A DNA stretch of 64,000 bases from Azolla caroliniana (taxonomy: Eukaryota; Plantae; Polypodiophyta), in assembly GCA_043228905.1 (NCBI GenBank), contig JBHGNT010000003.1, positions 5,456,001 to 5,520,000 on the forward strand, given 5' to 3'. Position 1 is the first letter of the stretch; each line of letters starts with the position of its first letter. Below the pieces are notes generated by a model. It saw only the letters and a list, made by a program, of their open reading frames with translations, did no database searches and had not been told where the DNA came from. Shown here piece by piece: positions 11,982-24,000 of this stretch. The translations under genes were made by a program, and so were the position numbers.

Positions 11982-14900
11982 ATCATCATTAAGGGACAAG
12001 ACCTGCACGGATGCATCATCGACGGCGGATCCGGCGTAAACGTTATTAGTGGTTACCTCGGCCTGAATCAATGGGAACCATGCCCCTTTTGGCTTCGGAT
12101 GGCCGACACCCGCTCCGTTCATCCCATTGGTTTAATCCGCCATCTCGACTTCACACTCGGAGGCCACATGTTCACGATCTCGGCCGTCGTGCTAAGACTG
12201 GAGACACAAGGCGCCTACCCAATTTTACTAGGTCGACCATGGTTGCGTACAACGAATATCAAGCAACATTGGCAACGCAACATGATCTCGTTCCGAAGAG
12301 GAAAGACAAAAGTCTGAATCATCACTGAAGAACGAGTCCCTGTCGCCCTCAACACTTCGTCGTTATACGCGGAAGGGGTCCATATGCTTGACGGGTTGGC
12401 CGATGAGGAGGTCGATGACTTCCTAGATGATCATCCCACGATCATCCCTCTCTTCGAAATCAATGCCTTACCAACCATCGAGCCATCTAAAGACGAGGAA
12501 GTCATGGAGGAGTCACCACCCCAGGAGGAACCAGATTCAACCACAATTGCCGAGCTACGTCATGCTCGGGAGGCTTTCAAACGCGAACTCGCCATTTCAC
12601 AACAAGTGAAAGCATCAACCCTGGAAAAAATAAACCTCGGTTCGGACGAGAATCCCCGTACGTTACAAATTGCCAATAATCTACCAACCGGAGAACGGGC
12701 ATGCCTCGTAAAATTACTCACTGACTACCAGGATGTTTTCGCTTGGTCTTATAGTGATATGAAGGGGCTGGATCCTCAATACTACCAACATCAAATTCAC
12801 ATCTTACCCGACACTCGGTCGGTTCAGCGGAGGCGCTATAGGATTAAACCCAACTACGCCGCTAAAGTCAAAGAGGAAATTGACAAACTACTCCGAGTCG
12901 GCTTCATTCGCCCTGTTAAACGGGCCACATGGTTGAGCCCGATCGTAGTTGTCCCAAAGAAGAACGGAAAAATCTGCGTCTGCGTCGACTATCGGAAGCT
13001 TAACGCGGCAACAGTCACCGACGGTTTCCCTCTCCCATTCACGGATAGCGTCCTCGACACGGTAGCCGGCAACGAATGCTACAGTTTCCTCGACGGGTTC
13101 AACGGCTATAACCAGATAGGAATGCACCCGGAGGATCAGGAGAAAACCGCTTTCCTCACGGAATGGGGTGTTTTTGTAGCAGAAGTTATGATGTTCGGTC
13201 TAAAAATGGCGCCGGCTACGTTCCAGCGCATCATCACCGAAATCTTTCATGACTACATCCCGGCGTTCATGCAAGTCTTTCTCGACGATTTTGCCGTGTA
13301 TGGCCATCGACGGGAACACATGATCCAGTTACGACTCTGCCTGGACCGATGTCGCCAAGCTCGATTGAGTTTAAACCCAGCGAAATGCGCGTTCTTAGTC
13401 ACCAGCGGCAACCTTCTCGGCCATATTGTCAGTGAAGAAGGCATCACTATGGACCCAGATAAAGTAAAGGCAATCCTGACCGCCACCGCACCCTCGAACG
13501 CTAAGGCACTAAGCCGTTTTTTGGGACAAATCCGGTGGCACAGCCGAATGATACGACACCTGGCCGATTTCGCGACACCTTTACACGCGGCAGTCCATCG
13601 CCTTCCTTTCCAATGGACGTCAATCGAGGACACGACCTATCAGACCCTGAAACGAATGCTGTCACATGCCCTGGTGGTCCAGTCCCCGGTTTGGTCCGAA
13701 CTGTTTCATGTCTTCGTAGATGCTTCGGACATCGCCATTGGAGGTGCCCTGATGCAATGCACACCCGATTTGGTATAGGCCCGTGTACTACGCCAGCCGA
13801 CGGCTCTCGACCGCGGACAAGAATTACTCCACCACCGAGCGGGAGGCCCTCGGTATGATTTATAGCATCAATAAATTTCGGCATTACCTCTTGGGCCGAA
13901 AATTTACCTTTCACGTGGATCACTCGGCCCTTCTTTATTTGGTCAATGAACAAGCCCTCACCGGACGGTTAGCTTGGTGGATGCTCCTACTACAAGAGTT
14001 TGATTTCCAGATTCAGCATCGACCCGGGGTACAACATGACGTCGCCGACTACTTGAGCCGTCTTGAGTCAGGAGAACCGGCGAAAACAACGTACGACGAG
14101 CTACCGGACGCCAGCCTATTTAACCTGACCACGATACCAGACGATAACGGAGATGACCCATTTTCTCACTACCGGTGTACCTCCCGAGCACATGACCCTT
14201 GACACGAGAAAACGCCTAGCAGTGCGTAGCCGGAATTTTTGCCTCGTCTCGGACTTTCTCTACCACAAAGGCTCGGACGGCATATGGCGCCGAGCGATTC
14301 GGCAATTCGAGAAGAACGTCGTTCTTCAGGAAGCCCACCAGGGAGTAGCTAGGGGGCACTACGCCGGGGATTCCACGGCAAGGAAAGTTTGGCAAAGTGG
14401 ATTGTGGTGGCCGACAACGAAGAAAGACGCTCACCAGTTTTGCCGGCAGTGCGATTTGTGCCAACGACTGGGGCAACCAATGGAACAGTCACGGATGCCA
14501 CACCAGCCGATTCTTCCATTGGACCCATTTCAAAAATGGGGTTTTGATTTTGTAGGCCCTTTCAAACCACCCGCGGCCCGAACAGGGAATAGGTATATTA
14601 TCGTTGCCACGGATTACTGCACCAAATGGGTCGAGGCTAAGGCACTCCGAGATAACACGGCGGCATCCACGGCTAAATTCGTGTACGAGCACCTCTGGTG
14701 CCGTTACGGATGCCCAATCAAGCTCATTAGTGATCAAGGTGGGCACTTCATCAATCATATAATACGTGAGCTTACACACCACTATGCGGTGGTGCACAAT
14801 AAAAGCACCCCATACTACCCGTTGGCGAACGGCTTGGCGGAATCGACCAATAAAATCCTCCAAACCATACTGAAGAAGATCGTCAATGAAAACAAGACTG

Positions 14901-15481
14901 ATTGGGATGACAAACTCCAGAGCGCGCTGTGGGCGTATCGTACGACTTTCAAAACAAGCATCCAATCAACCCCCTTTCGAATGGCGTTCGGGTTAGAAGT
15001 CGTAATGCCCGTCGAGTTCCAAGTCCCGAGCCTCCGAGTTCAAGTCAAAGCACGGCTCCCCGAGGCCCAATCCAAGCAATCCCGGCTGGAACAACTCCTC
15101 GAACTCGGCGAAGATAGGATAGAGATTATGGCCCAGCTCGAACAACGCCAACGGCAACGCAAGGCTTTCGTGGATCGACATCGACACGGGCTGGAGAAGG
15201 AGCTCACCATCGGCAAACCAGTTCTTCTTTTTCAAACACGACTCGGGTCAATGCCGGGAAAATTAAGATTTCGGTGGACCGGTCCATTCTGGATTATCGA
15301 CGAGTTCAACGGGACGTTCCAGCTCGGCACACTCGCCGGCGACACTGTCAAAAGCTGGGCCAATGGTTTCCGACTTCGACCATATCGAGGGACTACACCA
15401 CCAAACCCGTTTACCGAGCCACACGGCACAAACGAGTTTCGGGAGACCAGCACGGAGGAGCCCACGTGTCCCCCTGAATAA
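11982..15481 (+). pseudogene. pol: Pol of gypsy A (protease, RT, RNase H, integrase), with stops and frameshifts
   Basis: Protease IIDGGSG. RT CVDYRKLN, MMFGL, VFLDDF. RNase H VDASD, NYSTTERE. Integrase H..H..CRQCDLC, DFVGP, SDQG, NGLAE. Confidence 0.93.
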
Positions 15482-16003
15482 GGACTCACCCACCTTCTTG
15501 AAATTAATAAAAGTAGTAGTAGGAAGGATTAACCATAGTTTAGCCACCAATTAGCTACACCTACACCACCTACCTAGGCACCCACAATTTTAGGAGCACC
15601 CCTCGCCACCACTCATTTAGTACCTATTTAAGCACATGCAAAGCACTAGAAGCACCCCACTCACCTTCAGGACACGTGGTGCCAGTCACTTATTATGGCA
15701 CCCACGACTCAGAATCTTCAGGATTCGCTTCAGGCACAAAACCCTAGGAGTAAGTTACTAAAACCATTTCCAAAACGCAGCACAGACGCAGAAGTTCATT
15801 ATCGCTCCCCATCTCCATCGCTCTCAAGCTCAGAAACCCCGTCTCACTCTCATCGCGCTAAACGCTCTTGCTCTCAAGCCCTCGTTCGCTCTCATAACCC
15901 CTCTACTGGACTTCCCCTTCCTGCTGTTTCCTCTGTGTCTCGCCCTCGCCTCATCACTCTTCTTCACACTTCCACACAGTCGAACCCCGTCTCCATCTCC
16001 ACC

Positions 16004-19000
16004 ATGCCTCTTACCGCTTCAACAGAAACCCGCGCATGGCTCCAGGAACGAGGAATGGGCGGTTACCTGAAGATCATTGATGCCTCCGCGCACCTAGATG
16101 CCCAAGGTGTGGCTAAACGTATAAGTCCCGAAGCCATCACCAACAACGTGTTTTGGGTTGTTTTGGACCTGCAACGGGGAGGGGACCATGAGGTCGACAT
16201 ACCCCCGGCATCAAAGATGAAGGTGTACTTTGGTGAGTACTCAGCCTCAAGGAAGGCATATCGCACGTATGGCGGTCCAAACAAAGCTTTCGGGGAGATT
16301 GCTCGTATATTAATGGAGTATGCGTTCGTGCATACGAACCCAACGAGCATGCCGCAGAACAAGGCAGCCATCATCATCAGCACGTATGAAGGAAACATAA
16401 TCGATTGGGGAATCATCACAAGCGAGGGACTCTGCGCCGCCTTAGCTTCATTTTAGTCCGGTAAGAAGATGTTGTCTATTCTTACCCACTTTTTGATGGT
16501 TCTATACCCACCCTCTTCTCTTCCTTCCCCTCGCACACTCACGTCCCCACCACCACCACGAAGGCAGAGAGAGAAATTCGTTGCCATCAGCTACGAAGCA
16601 TGGGAGGAGCCCACATCGCCTTCACCTCCTGCCGCCGACCAAAACCCCACATCTGCACCACCACCCACCCAACCACAACGAAAAAGGGCAGTTTCCGAGA
16701 TCTGCCAAGAATGGGAGGAGGTAGCCGCGGAAGACACACGGCCGATGACATCACCATTCGATAGCCAACGTCGCGCCCCTCGGTAACTTCCCCAGGGCCT
16801 AGCCCACGCCCCAACACACAACAGGTTGCACCACCACGACCCCAGAAAAGGAAGCAGGCGGAGGAAACAACACTACCGGCCCCGGAACCCCAAACACAGC
16901 CGAGCAAGAGAAGACGACTCAGCCGCGAGTCCTCGGAAGACTAGAAAGAGCCACAACAGGAGCAAGCCTTAGGTTTCAGACAGAGCAACCTGGCCATCAT
17001 CCCTCAGGAGGCATCGCTGAACCAGGGAAAGATCGAGTATGGGCAGACAACGTAGATCTCGGACGATGAAGTCCTCGGGTATAAGGACCTCCCCGCGGAG
17101 GCTTACGAATTTAGTGCGCTCCTACGCCTCGGTACGACATTCGAGCTGGTCGACTTCCTCGCCAAAGCCCAAGTCGTGGCAGCTGCTCGAATGGCGGAGG
17201 AGCACGCCGAAACAAAAATGATTCAACGTGCGCTAATAGGTGAAATTGAGCCCCAGGAGGACAAGGATTTACAAAAAATCAGGAGAAAGAAGCAGGCAAA
17301 ACAAGTTGCTCTCCTCATGGAGGTCCCCGAGTTGAACACGACCCTTATCGAGGCATATCGGGACCTGGATCGCACTACGCAGGCAGCCAAAGACATGACC
17401 CGAAAGATAAAAATAGCCCAAAAACAGGCTAAGATGGCTACAGAATTATGGCACGCTGCGAACCAGAAGCTGGCAGGCTGGGAGCAAAACCGGCCGGAAC
17501 AACAACTCTTGAGCCTTCCGATCACGACCACCGAGGCCCTCCCAACGCCTCCACGCATAACAATGATGGACGAAAGCACCATCACCGACTCAATCCTGAT
17601 GGTGCAGGCCAGTACACAAACGGACTCGTTACAAATGGTCGATGCTTGCACAACACCGAGGCAGCCACGCCCATGGAAAAGACCGAGATACCACCCCCTC
17701 GGGCACCCAAGGAGGTGGCAACCCAGACAGAACCCCCGCTCTGGGATTACCGCGCGGAGCTTAAAGAAGAACAACGGCAAACCGAGAGACACGAACAACG
17801 ACATCAAGAGGCGATGGCTCGCCTAAAAGAAGAAGCTTCCAAGCAAATGGCCGAGATTAGAGCCCAGGCCGACCAAAGGATACACGAGCAGAACGAAGCA
17901 CTGGGCCGGGCACAAGCGCAAGCCGCGGGCAAAGAAGCCGAACTCAAAAGCAAGCTGGAGGAATACGCAGCCACAATGGTGAAGAAAGAGAAGGAGGTTC
18001 TAGACCTACAGGCCACGCTTGACAATGCGAAAGACTGGAACCATCGGCAGGAGGAAAGAAATCGCCAACGGGAGGAGAGGATGATCGCGGAGAATGCCGA
18101 GCTGCAGAGTTAGCGTACGACCCTTAAAGAAATGGCTGACGAGTTTTTCATCAAATGCAAGCTACTTTCGGAGCAAAAAGACGAATTATCGGATTCCTAC
18201 TTCGCCCTACAAGAAGAGAGAATCGTCGAACGGGAACAAATCCGGGCCACGTGTCAAAAAGAACGGGAGCAAGCCACCGAAGAACTCACCAAGCGCTACG
18301 AGCAGGCTCTCCAGCTCGTAACCGCGGATGCAAAGAACACTCAAGCCATCTATGAGCTAAGAGCACAGAAGATTCAGGCCGAGGTCGACGGCTTAAAACA
18401 GGAATTAGCATGGCATGGATGAGACACGCATCAGAATATTGATCGAGAAACAGCGCCAGCACCTTACCAAAAAGGTCGAGGAAACATTAAGTCGCGCAGG
18501 AGACGAATGGGCAGCCCAAGCTACCGAATTGCATATTTTACGCGCCGACGCCGAGAACCGATGGAAGGAGGGCCGCGGCTTCTACAAAATGGATGAAGCC
18601 AGCATACAAAACCTACGTGCAGATTTAACCGAGGATTACCACTCCTTGGCAAAATCTCACACCGCGGAAATCGAACAAATAATGGAGGACTTTAATGATG
18701 GTCAGATGTTGTTTCGCGTGGAAGCAGAAGCCTTCGAACGAGAACAACTCGCAACCATTCGCACCAGCCCTCCAACGGCCACAGAGCAGAAGGAAGAACC
18801 TTCCAGCAAGGAAATCACGGACACGACACAGGAGGAACTTGCCCAGGCCAACAGACATCCCATGGACGCCCACACGGTACCAGATCCAATCGAAGTAGAG
18901 GTCAGCGCCCTCGAACCCACACCCCCACTAGAAGAATCGGTCGCACCTGCGGCGGACGCCCGAGAAGATATGACACCCCCGGACCAAACTCAACCCCCCG

Positions 19001-19077
19001 CATCGACAGTCCAACCAGACCACCCTGCCACCACCCCGAACCCCGAAAACATCCTCGACATCTTAAAAGAGGAATGA
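16004..19077 (+). pseudogene. Extra 3' ORF of gypsy A (~1000 codons, sense orientation), disrupted
   Basis: ORF pieces from 15695-16456 through 18415-19077 are homologous to those in gypsy B and C. Long E/K/Q/A-rich coiled coil. Ends PENILDILKEE*. Confidence 0.8.
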
Positions 19078-19175
19078 AACGAGGATCACGCCTAAAAGGC
19101 AATTTTTTTAATATTGTTAGTATTTTGTAAGTTGTGGGTCCAACGGACAAGGTCTTGTCCCACGGGCGTGCTAGG

Positions 19176-19632
19176 AGTTGTCCAGAGGACAGAAATGTAA
19201 AATTAGGAAATTAGCAAACGCCGAGTCCGAGTATCACGGGCCACCGACGGCTCGGCTGTGTATTAGGGGAAAAGTTATTTAAACGAGGACCAGTACCTCA
19301 GAGTGGAGGGAGAAGAAAAATATAGGCGGAAGCACTAGCTTAGTCCCCCGTAACTAGATAAACTTGTAAGGTCACCGGCCATAGGCCGTGTTCTGTAATC
19401 TTTTTTGTCACAGTAATATATCGGATTTGTGCCCATTTTGCTCCATGAGTCTGTGCTTTGATTCATACCTATGATTTGAGTGCCGCCCACGCCTGTCCAA
19501 ATCTCGTTAGTGTTTTCTCTCTGAGCACTGTCTCTCCCTCAACGCCTCTATTACGAGCCTTCATGTACCACACCCTTGAATACCAATAGCCGCAGATCTA
19601 TCGAAGGTGTTCACCCAAAGGAACGGGTAACA
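19176..19632 (+). repeat. 3' LTR of gypsy A
   Basis: Copy of 9380-9836, but begins AG instead of TG. Confidence 0.95.
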
Positions 19633-20189
19633 ACAGTTGAGGCATATGGTATCTTGATCATGTCCGTCTTCTCTGCCTTTCTCCTCGGGCTTTGTTTTCC
19701 GGATAGCTTGCAGTTTGTCGGAAGTGTCGATCCGACCGGTTTCGCCTCCGACATGTTGAACCGTTGAAGCACCTTTGTCACGTACTTCTCCTGTGACAAT
19801 CACAACAGCTTCGTTGACCGGTCCCGGATGCTGTGCATTCCCAATATCTGTCTTGCCGGATCCAAGTCTTTCATTGAGAAGGTTTGGTTCAGAGCCTTCT
19901 TCGCATCCGAATCTTGCCTTGGTCTCGTGCGATGATCAACATATCATCCACATATAGGAGGAGTATCAGGAAATCTCCTCCATCAAATTTCTTCAAGAAC
20001 ATGCAGTGATGGGCCTGCGTCTTGTGGTATCCTTTGTTGGTCATGAAGGAATCGATCCGGTACCAATGCCGGGGAGCTTGCTTCAATCTATATAACCTCT
20101 TCTTCAGCTGGAAAACCAGGTGCTTCTTCCCTTTCTTCTCAAATCCTTCCGGTTGATGCATGGAGATCTCTTCTTTGAGGTCTCCATGT

Positions 20190-20896
20190 TGTTGAAAACA
20201 GTGCTCGGCCACAACCGAGGAATAGGATCAACTCACAGAAAACAGGAAATACAAAATGCACAAAACAATAGAGAGAAAGGTACACTGGATGTTTTACGTG
20301 GAAAACCCTAAATGGGAAAAACCACGGGAGTCCTCAAACTCCAACTATCACTATGAACAGGGATGTACACTGGTGAAGCTACAAGGCAACAACCTTGAGC
20401 TCACTGTCTTCGCCACAGGCGGCGGCAATACACAGAGGCAACGACCTCTTCGTCTCTCTCTCTCTCTCTCTCTCTCTCGGCTGCTCTCACTTCGCATGAA
20501 AATTAAGCAACAACAAAAAACTGTTTGCCCTAAGTCATATTTATACATATATGACTTTCGGGCTATTTACAAGTATAGCCTCAAGGGCCCTTGGCAAACA
20601 TATTCACAAATATGTCTCCGCATCCGGATCTCTCTCCGGGTACATACGTCATCCGGCTCCGTAACCGGGGTCTTCAGCATCCGGCTCCGTAAACGGGGTC
20701 TTCAGCATCCGGCTCCGTAACCGGGGTCTTCAGCATCCGGCTCCGTAACCGGGGTCTTCATCATCCGGATCCGCAGCCGGGTACTCTTCATCCGGCTTCA
20801 TGCCGGGTACTCTTCATCATATGGTTCCGTAACAGCCTCCGGGCTTGCCTTCATTCATCTCCGGACATCCCATCCGGAGGGACCGAAATCCCAACA
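20190..20896 (-). repeat. 3' LTR of copia E with (CT)13 and four 28-bp tandem units
   Basis: Unit CATCCGGCTCCGTAACCGGGGTCTTCAG. Confidence 0.95.
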
Positions 20897-21059
20897 AACT
20901 CCCCCTTCACTTCGGCATGGGATGTCTCTCCAACCCGATCCTCTTCCGGCATGCTTCCAGCTTGTCGGGTGTGAGCACCTTGGTCAGCATATCCGACCCG
21001 TTCTCGTCCGTGTGGATCTTCGTCAGCACGAACTCCTTGTCTTCTATCCTTTCCCGGAT

Positions 21060-24000
21060 CTAGTGGTATCTACGCTGGATGTGTTTCGTCCGGGAGTGGT
21101 AGGCCGCGTTCTTTGCAAGGTGGATGGCACTCTGACTATCGCAGTAGAGTCGGTACTCCTCCTGCAGGATCCCGAGCTCTCTAATGAAGTCCTTCATCCA
21201 TATTATTTCCTTGCCGGCTTCAACAGCTGCCATGTACTCCGCCTCCGTGGTTGACAACGCAACCGTCTTCTGCAGCCTCGACTGCCATGAAACGGCTCCC
21301 CCTGCATACGTCATCACATACCCTGATGTGGACCGGCTGGTATCTGCATCAGCCGACATATCCGAATCGGTGAAGCCGTCGAGTTCGGGCTTACCGGAGC
21401 CGAATCGGAGGCACACGTTTGCCGTGCCCTTCAGGTATCGGAGTATCCACTTGGCCGCGTTCCAATGCTCTTTGCCGGGATTGCTCATGTACCGGCTCAC
21501 CACTCCGACTGCATATCCGATGTCCGGTCTCGTACACACCATGGCGTACATCAAGCTCCCGACGGCTGAGGCATACGGCACTTTCATCATATCCTCCTTT
21601 TCAGCCTTTGTCTTGGGACTTTGCTTGCTGGACAGCTTGCAGTTTGCCGGGAGGGTCGATCCGACCGGTCTTGCTTCCGACATGTTGAACCGTTTAAGCA
21701 CCTTTGTCACGTACTTCTCCTGTGACAGCCACAACTGCTTCTTGCTCCGGTCCCGGATGATGTGCATCCCTAGTATTTGTCTCGCCGGACCCAAGTCCTT
21801 CATTGAGAAGGTTCGGTGAAGAGCCTTCTTCAGCATCCGTATCTTGACCTGGTCCCGTCCGACGATCAACATGTCGTCCACGTACAGGAGGAGTATTAGA
21901 AAGTCTCCTCCTTCGAACTTCTTCACAAACACGCAGTGGTCGGACTGCGTTTTGAGATACCCTTCGTCGGTCATGAAGGAGTCGAACTTCCGGTACCATT
22001 GCCGGGGAGCCTGCTTCAGTCCGTAAAGGCTCTTCTTCAACCGGCATACCAGGTGCTCCTTCCCTTTCTTCTCGAATCCTTCCGGTTGCTGCATGTAGAT
22101 CTCTTCATCGAGGTCACCGTGAAGGAATGTCGTCTTCACGTCCATCTGTTCTACCTCGAGGTCCATGCTTGCCGCTATGCTCAGCACCATCCGGATGGAG
22201 GTCATCTTCACTACCGGGGCAAATATCTCGTCGAAGTCGACGCCCTTCTTCTGCTGAAACCCCTTCACCACGATCCTGGCTTTGTATCTCGGGGGGTTTC
22301 CGGCATCTCCCGGTTTCAGCTTGAACACCCACTTGTTTCGAAGTGCCCGCTTTCCTTTCGGCAACTCCACAAGTTCATATGTGTGGTTCTCATGCAGGGA
22401 ATCCATCTCGTCCTGCATGGCACTCAACCACCTGCGGCTCTGGGTGTCGTGCTTTGCTTCTTCAAAGCTCTCCGGCTCCCCCTCGTCGGTTAGCAGCACG
22501 TGCTCTGGATCCGGAAATCTCCGGCGGGCCCTCCTCTCTCTTAGAGGATATCTCCGTTCGGAAGCTTCGGTAACCGGTTCTTCTGATTCTTCTTCTTCAT
22601 CCGAATCCATTTCGGGATCGGGGCCGGTTCTGGTATCATTTTCATCTTCTTCGGCCGGTTCTGTTTCTTCACCGTCTTCGGCCGGATCCTCGAGTGCTAA
22701 CCGGTCCCTTGCCGGTCGGGACTGCTCCTCATAAAGTTGATCCTCACCGGTTGACTTGGAGCTCTTCATCTTCTTCTCCGACTCCCAGTCGGCGAGTGTC
22801 TTGTTCTCCATGAAGATGATATCACGACTCCGGAATATCTTCTTGTCAACCGGGTCCCATACTCGGTAGCCGAACTCGTCATCGCCGTAACCGAGGAATA
22901 TGCATGGCCGGGTCTTTGGATCTAGCTTTCCTCTCCGGTCCTTTGCCACATGCACGTATGCGAGACACCCAAACACCTTCAGATGCCGGTAGGATACTTC
23001 CCTACCGGTCCACACTCTCTGCGGCGTGTCTCCGTCCAAAGGTACTGAGGGTGATCTGTTTATCACGTATGTCGCCGTCGACATCGCCTCAGCCCAAAAC
23101 CCCTTGGGTAATTTCGCATGCGCCAGCATACTCCGGACCCTCTCCATTATGGTCCGGTTCATCCTCTCGGCCAGCCCGTTCAGTTCCGGCGTCTTCGGCA
23201 CAGTAAACTCGAGCCGGATTCCCTTCGAGCGACAGTACTCCTGGAACTGCCCCCGGTATTCCCCTCCGTTATCCGCTCGTATCGCTTTCAGCTTCTTGCC
23301 GGATTCTCTTTCCACTCTCGCGTGGAGTTCTTTGAAGACGGACAACACTTGGTCCTTTGTCTTCAACGGTGCCGTCCACAGCTTCCGGCTGTGATCATCA
23401 ATGAATGTCACGAAGTACTGGGCTCCGCCATGTGACTTCGTTTCTACCTGACACACATCAGTGTGCACCAGCTCCAATGGTGCGCTACGTCTCGTCGGTG
23501 GCCTTGAGTGGAAGGAGGTCCGGTTTTGCTTACCGGCCAGGCAGTCGGTGCACTTCTCCAGGTGCACATGCTTCACTGGAATAAGGTTGTCTTCTGCAAG
23601 CCTCTTCATCCCCTTCTCACTCATGTGGCACAGTCTTTTGTGCCACAGCTCACCGGCAGTGTCGGCTGCCACATTCAGCTCTTCCGGACATAACCGGGCA
23701 TTCATCAGGTACAGTGTGTTGTCTTTCTGGGCCCGAGCCACTATCAGGCTCCCCTTGCTGAACTTCATTACGCCGTTCCGGATGCTACCTGTGTAGCCTT
23801 CATCGTCTAGCCTCCCGGCCGAAATCAGGTTCAATCGAACCTCCGGAACGTGTCGGACATCCTTCAGCAGCATTTTACATCCGGTCGGGGTCGTCAACCA
23901 CACGTCTCCGATGCCGGCAATCCGGCACGTACCTTCATTTCCCATTCGAACACAGCCATGCTCACCGGCTGTGTAGGATGAGAAGTATCTTCTCTCCGGG

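Larger units (their letters stand above)
9380..19632 (+). mobile_element. Gypsy A: full-length non-chromovirus (Phygy/Athila-like) LTR retrotransposon with extra 3' ORF
   Basis: 457-bp LTRs at 9380-9836 and 19176-19632. TSD ACGGT/ACAGT. PBS TGGCACGCCCGGT. Domain order gag-PR-RT-RH-INT, then an extra ORF. Confidence 0.95.
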
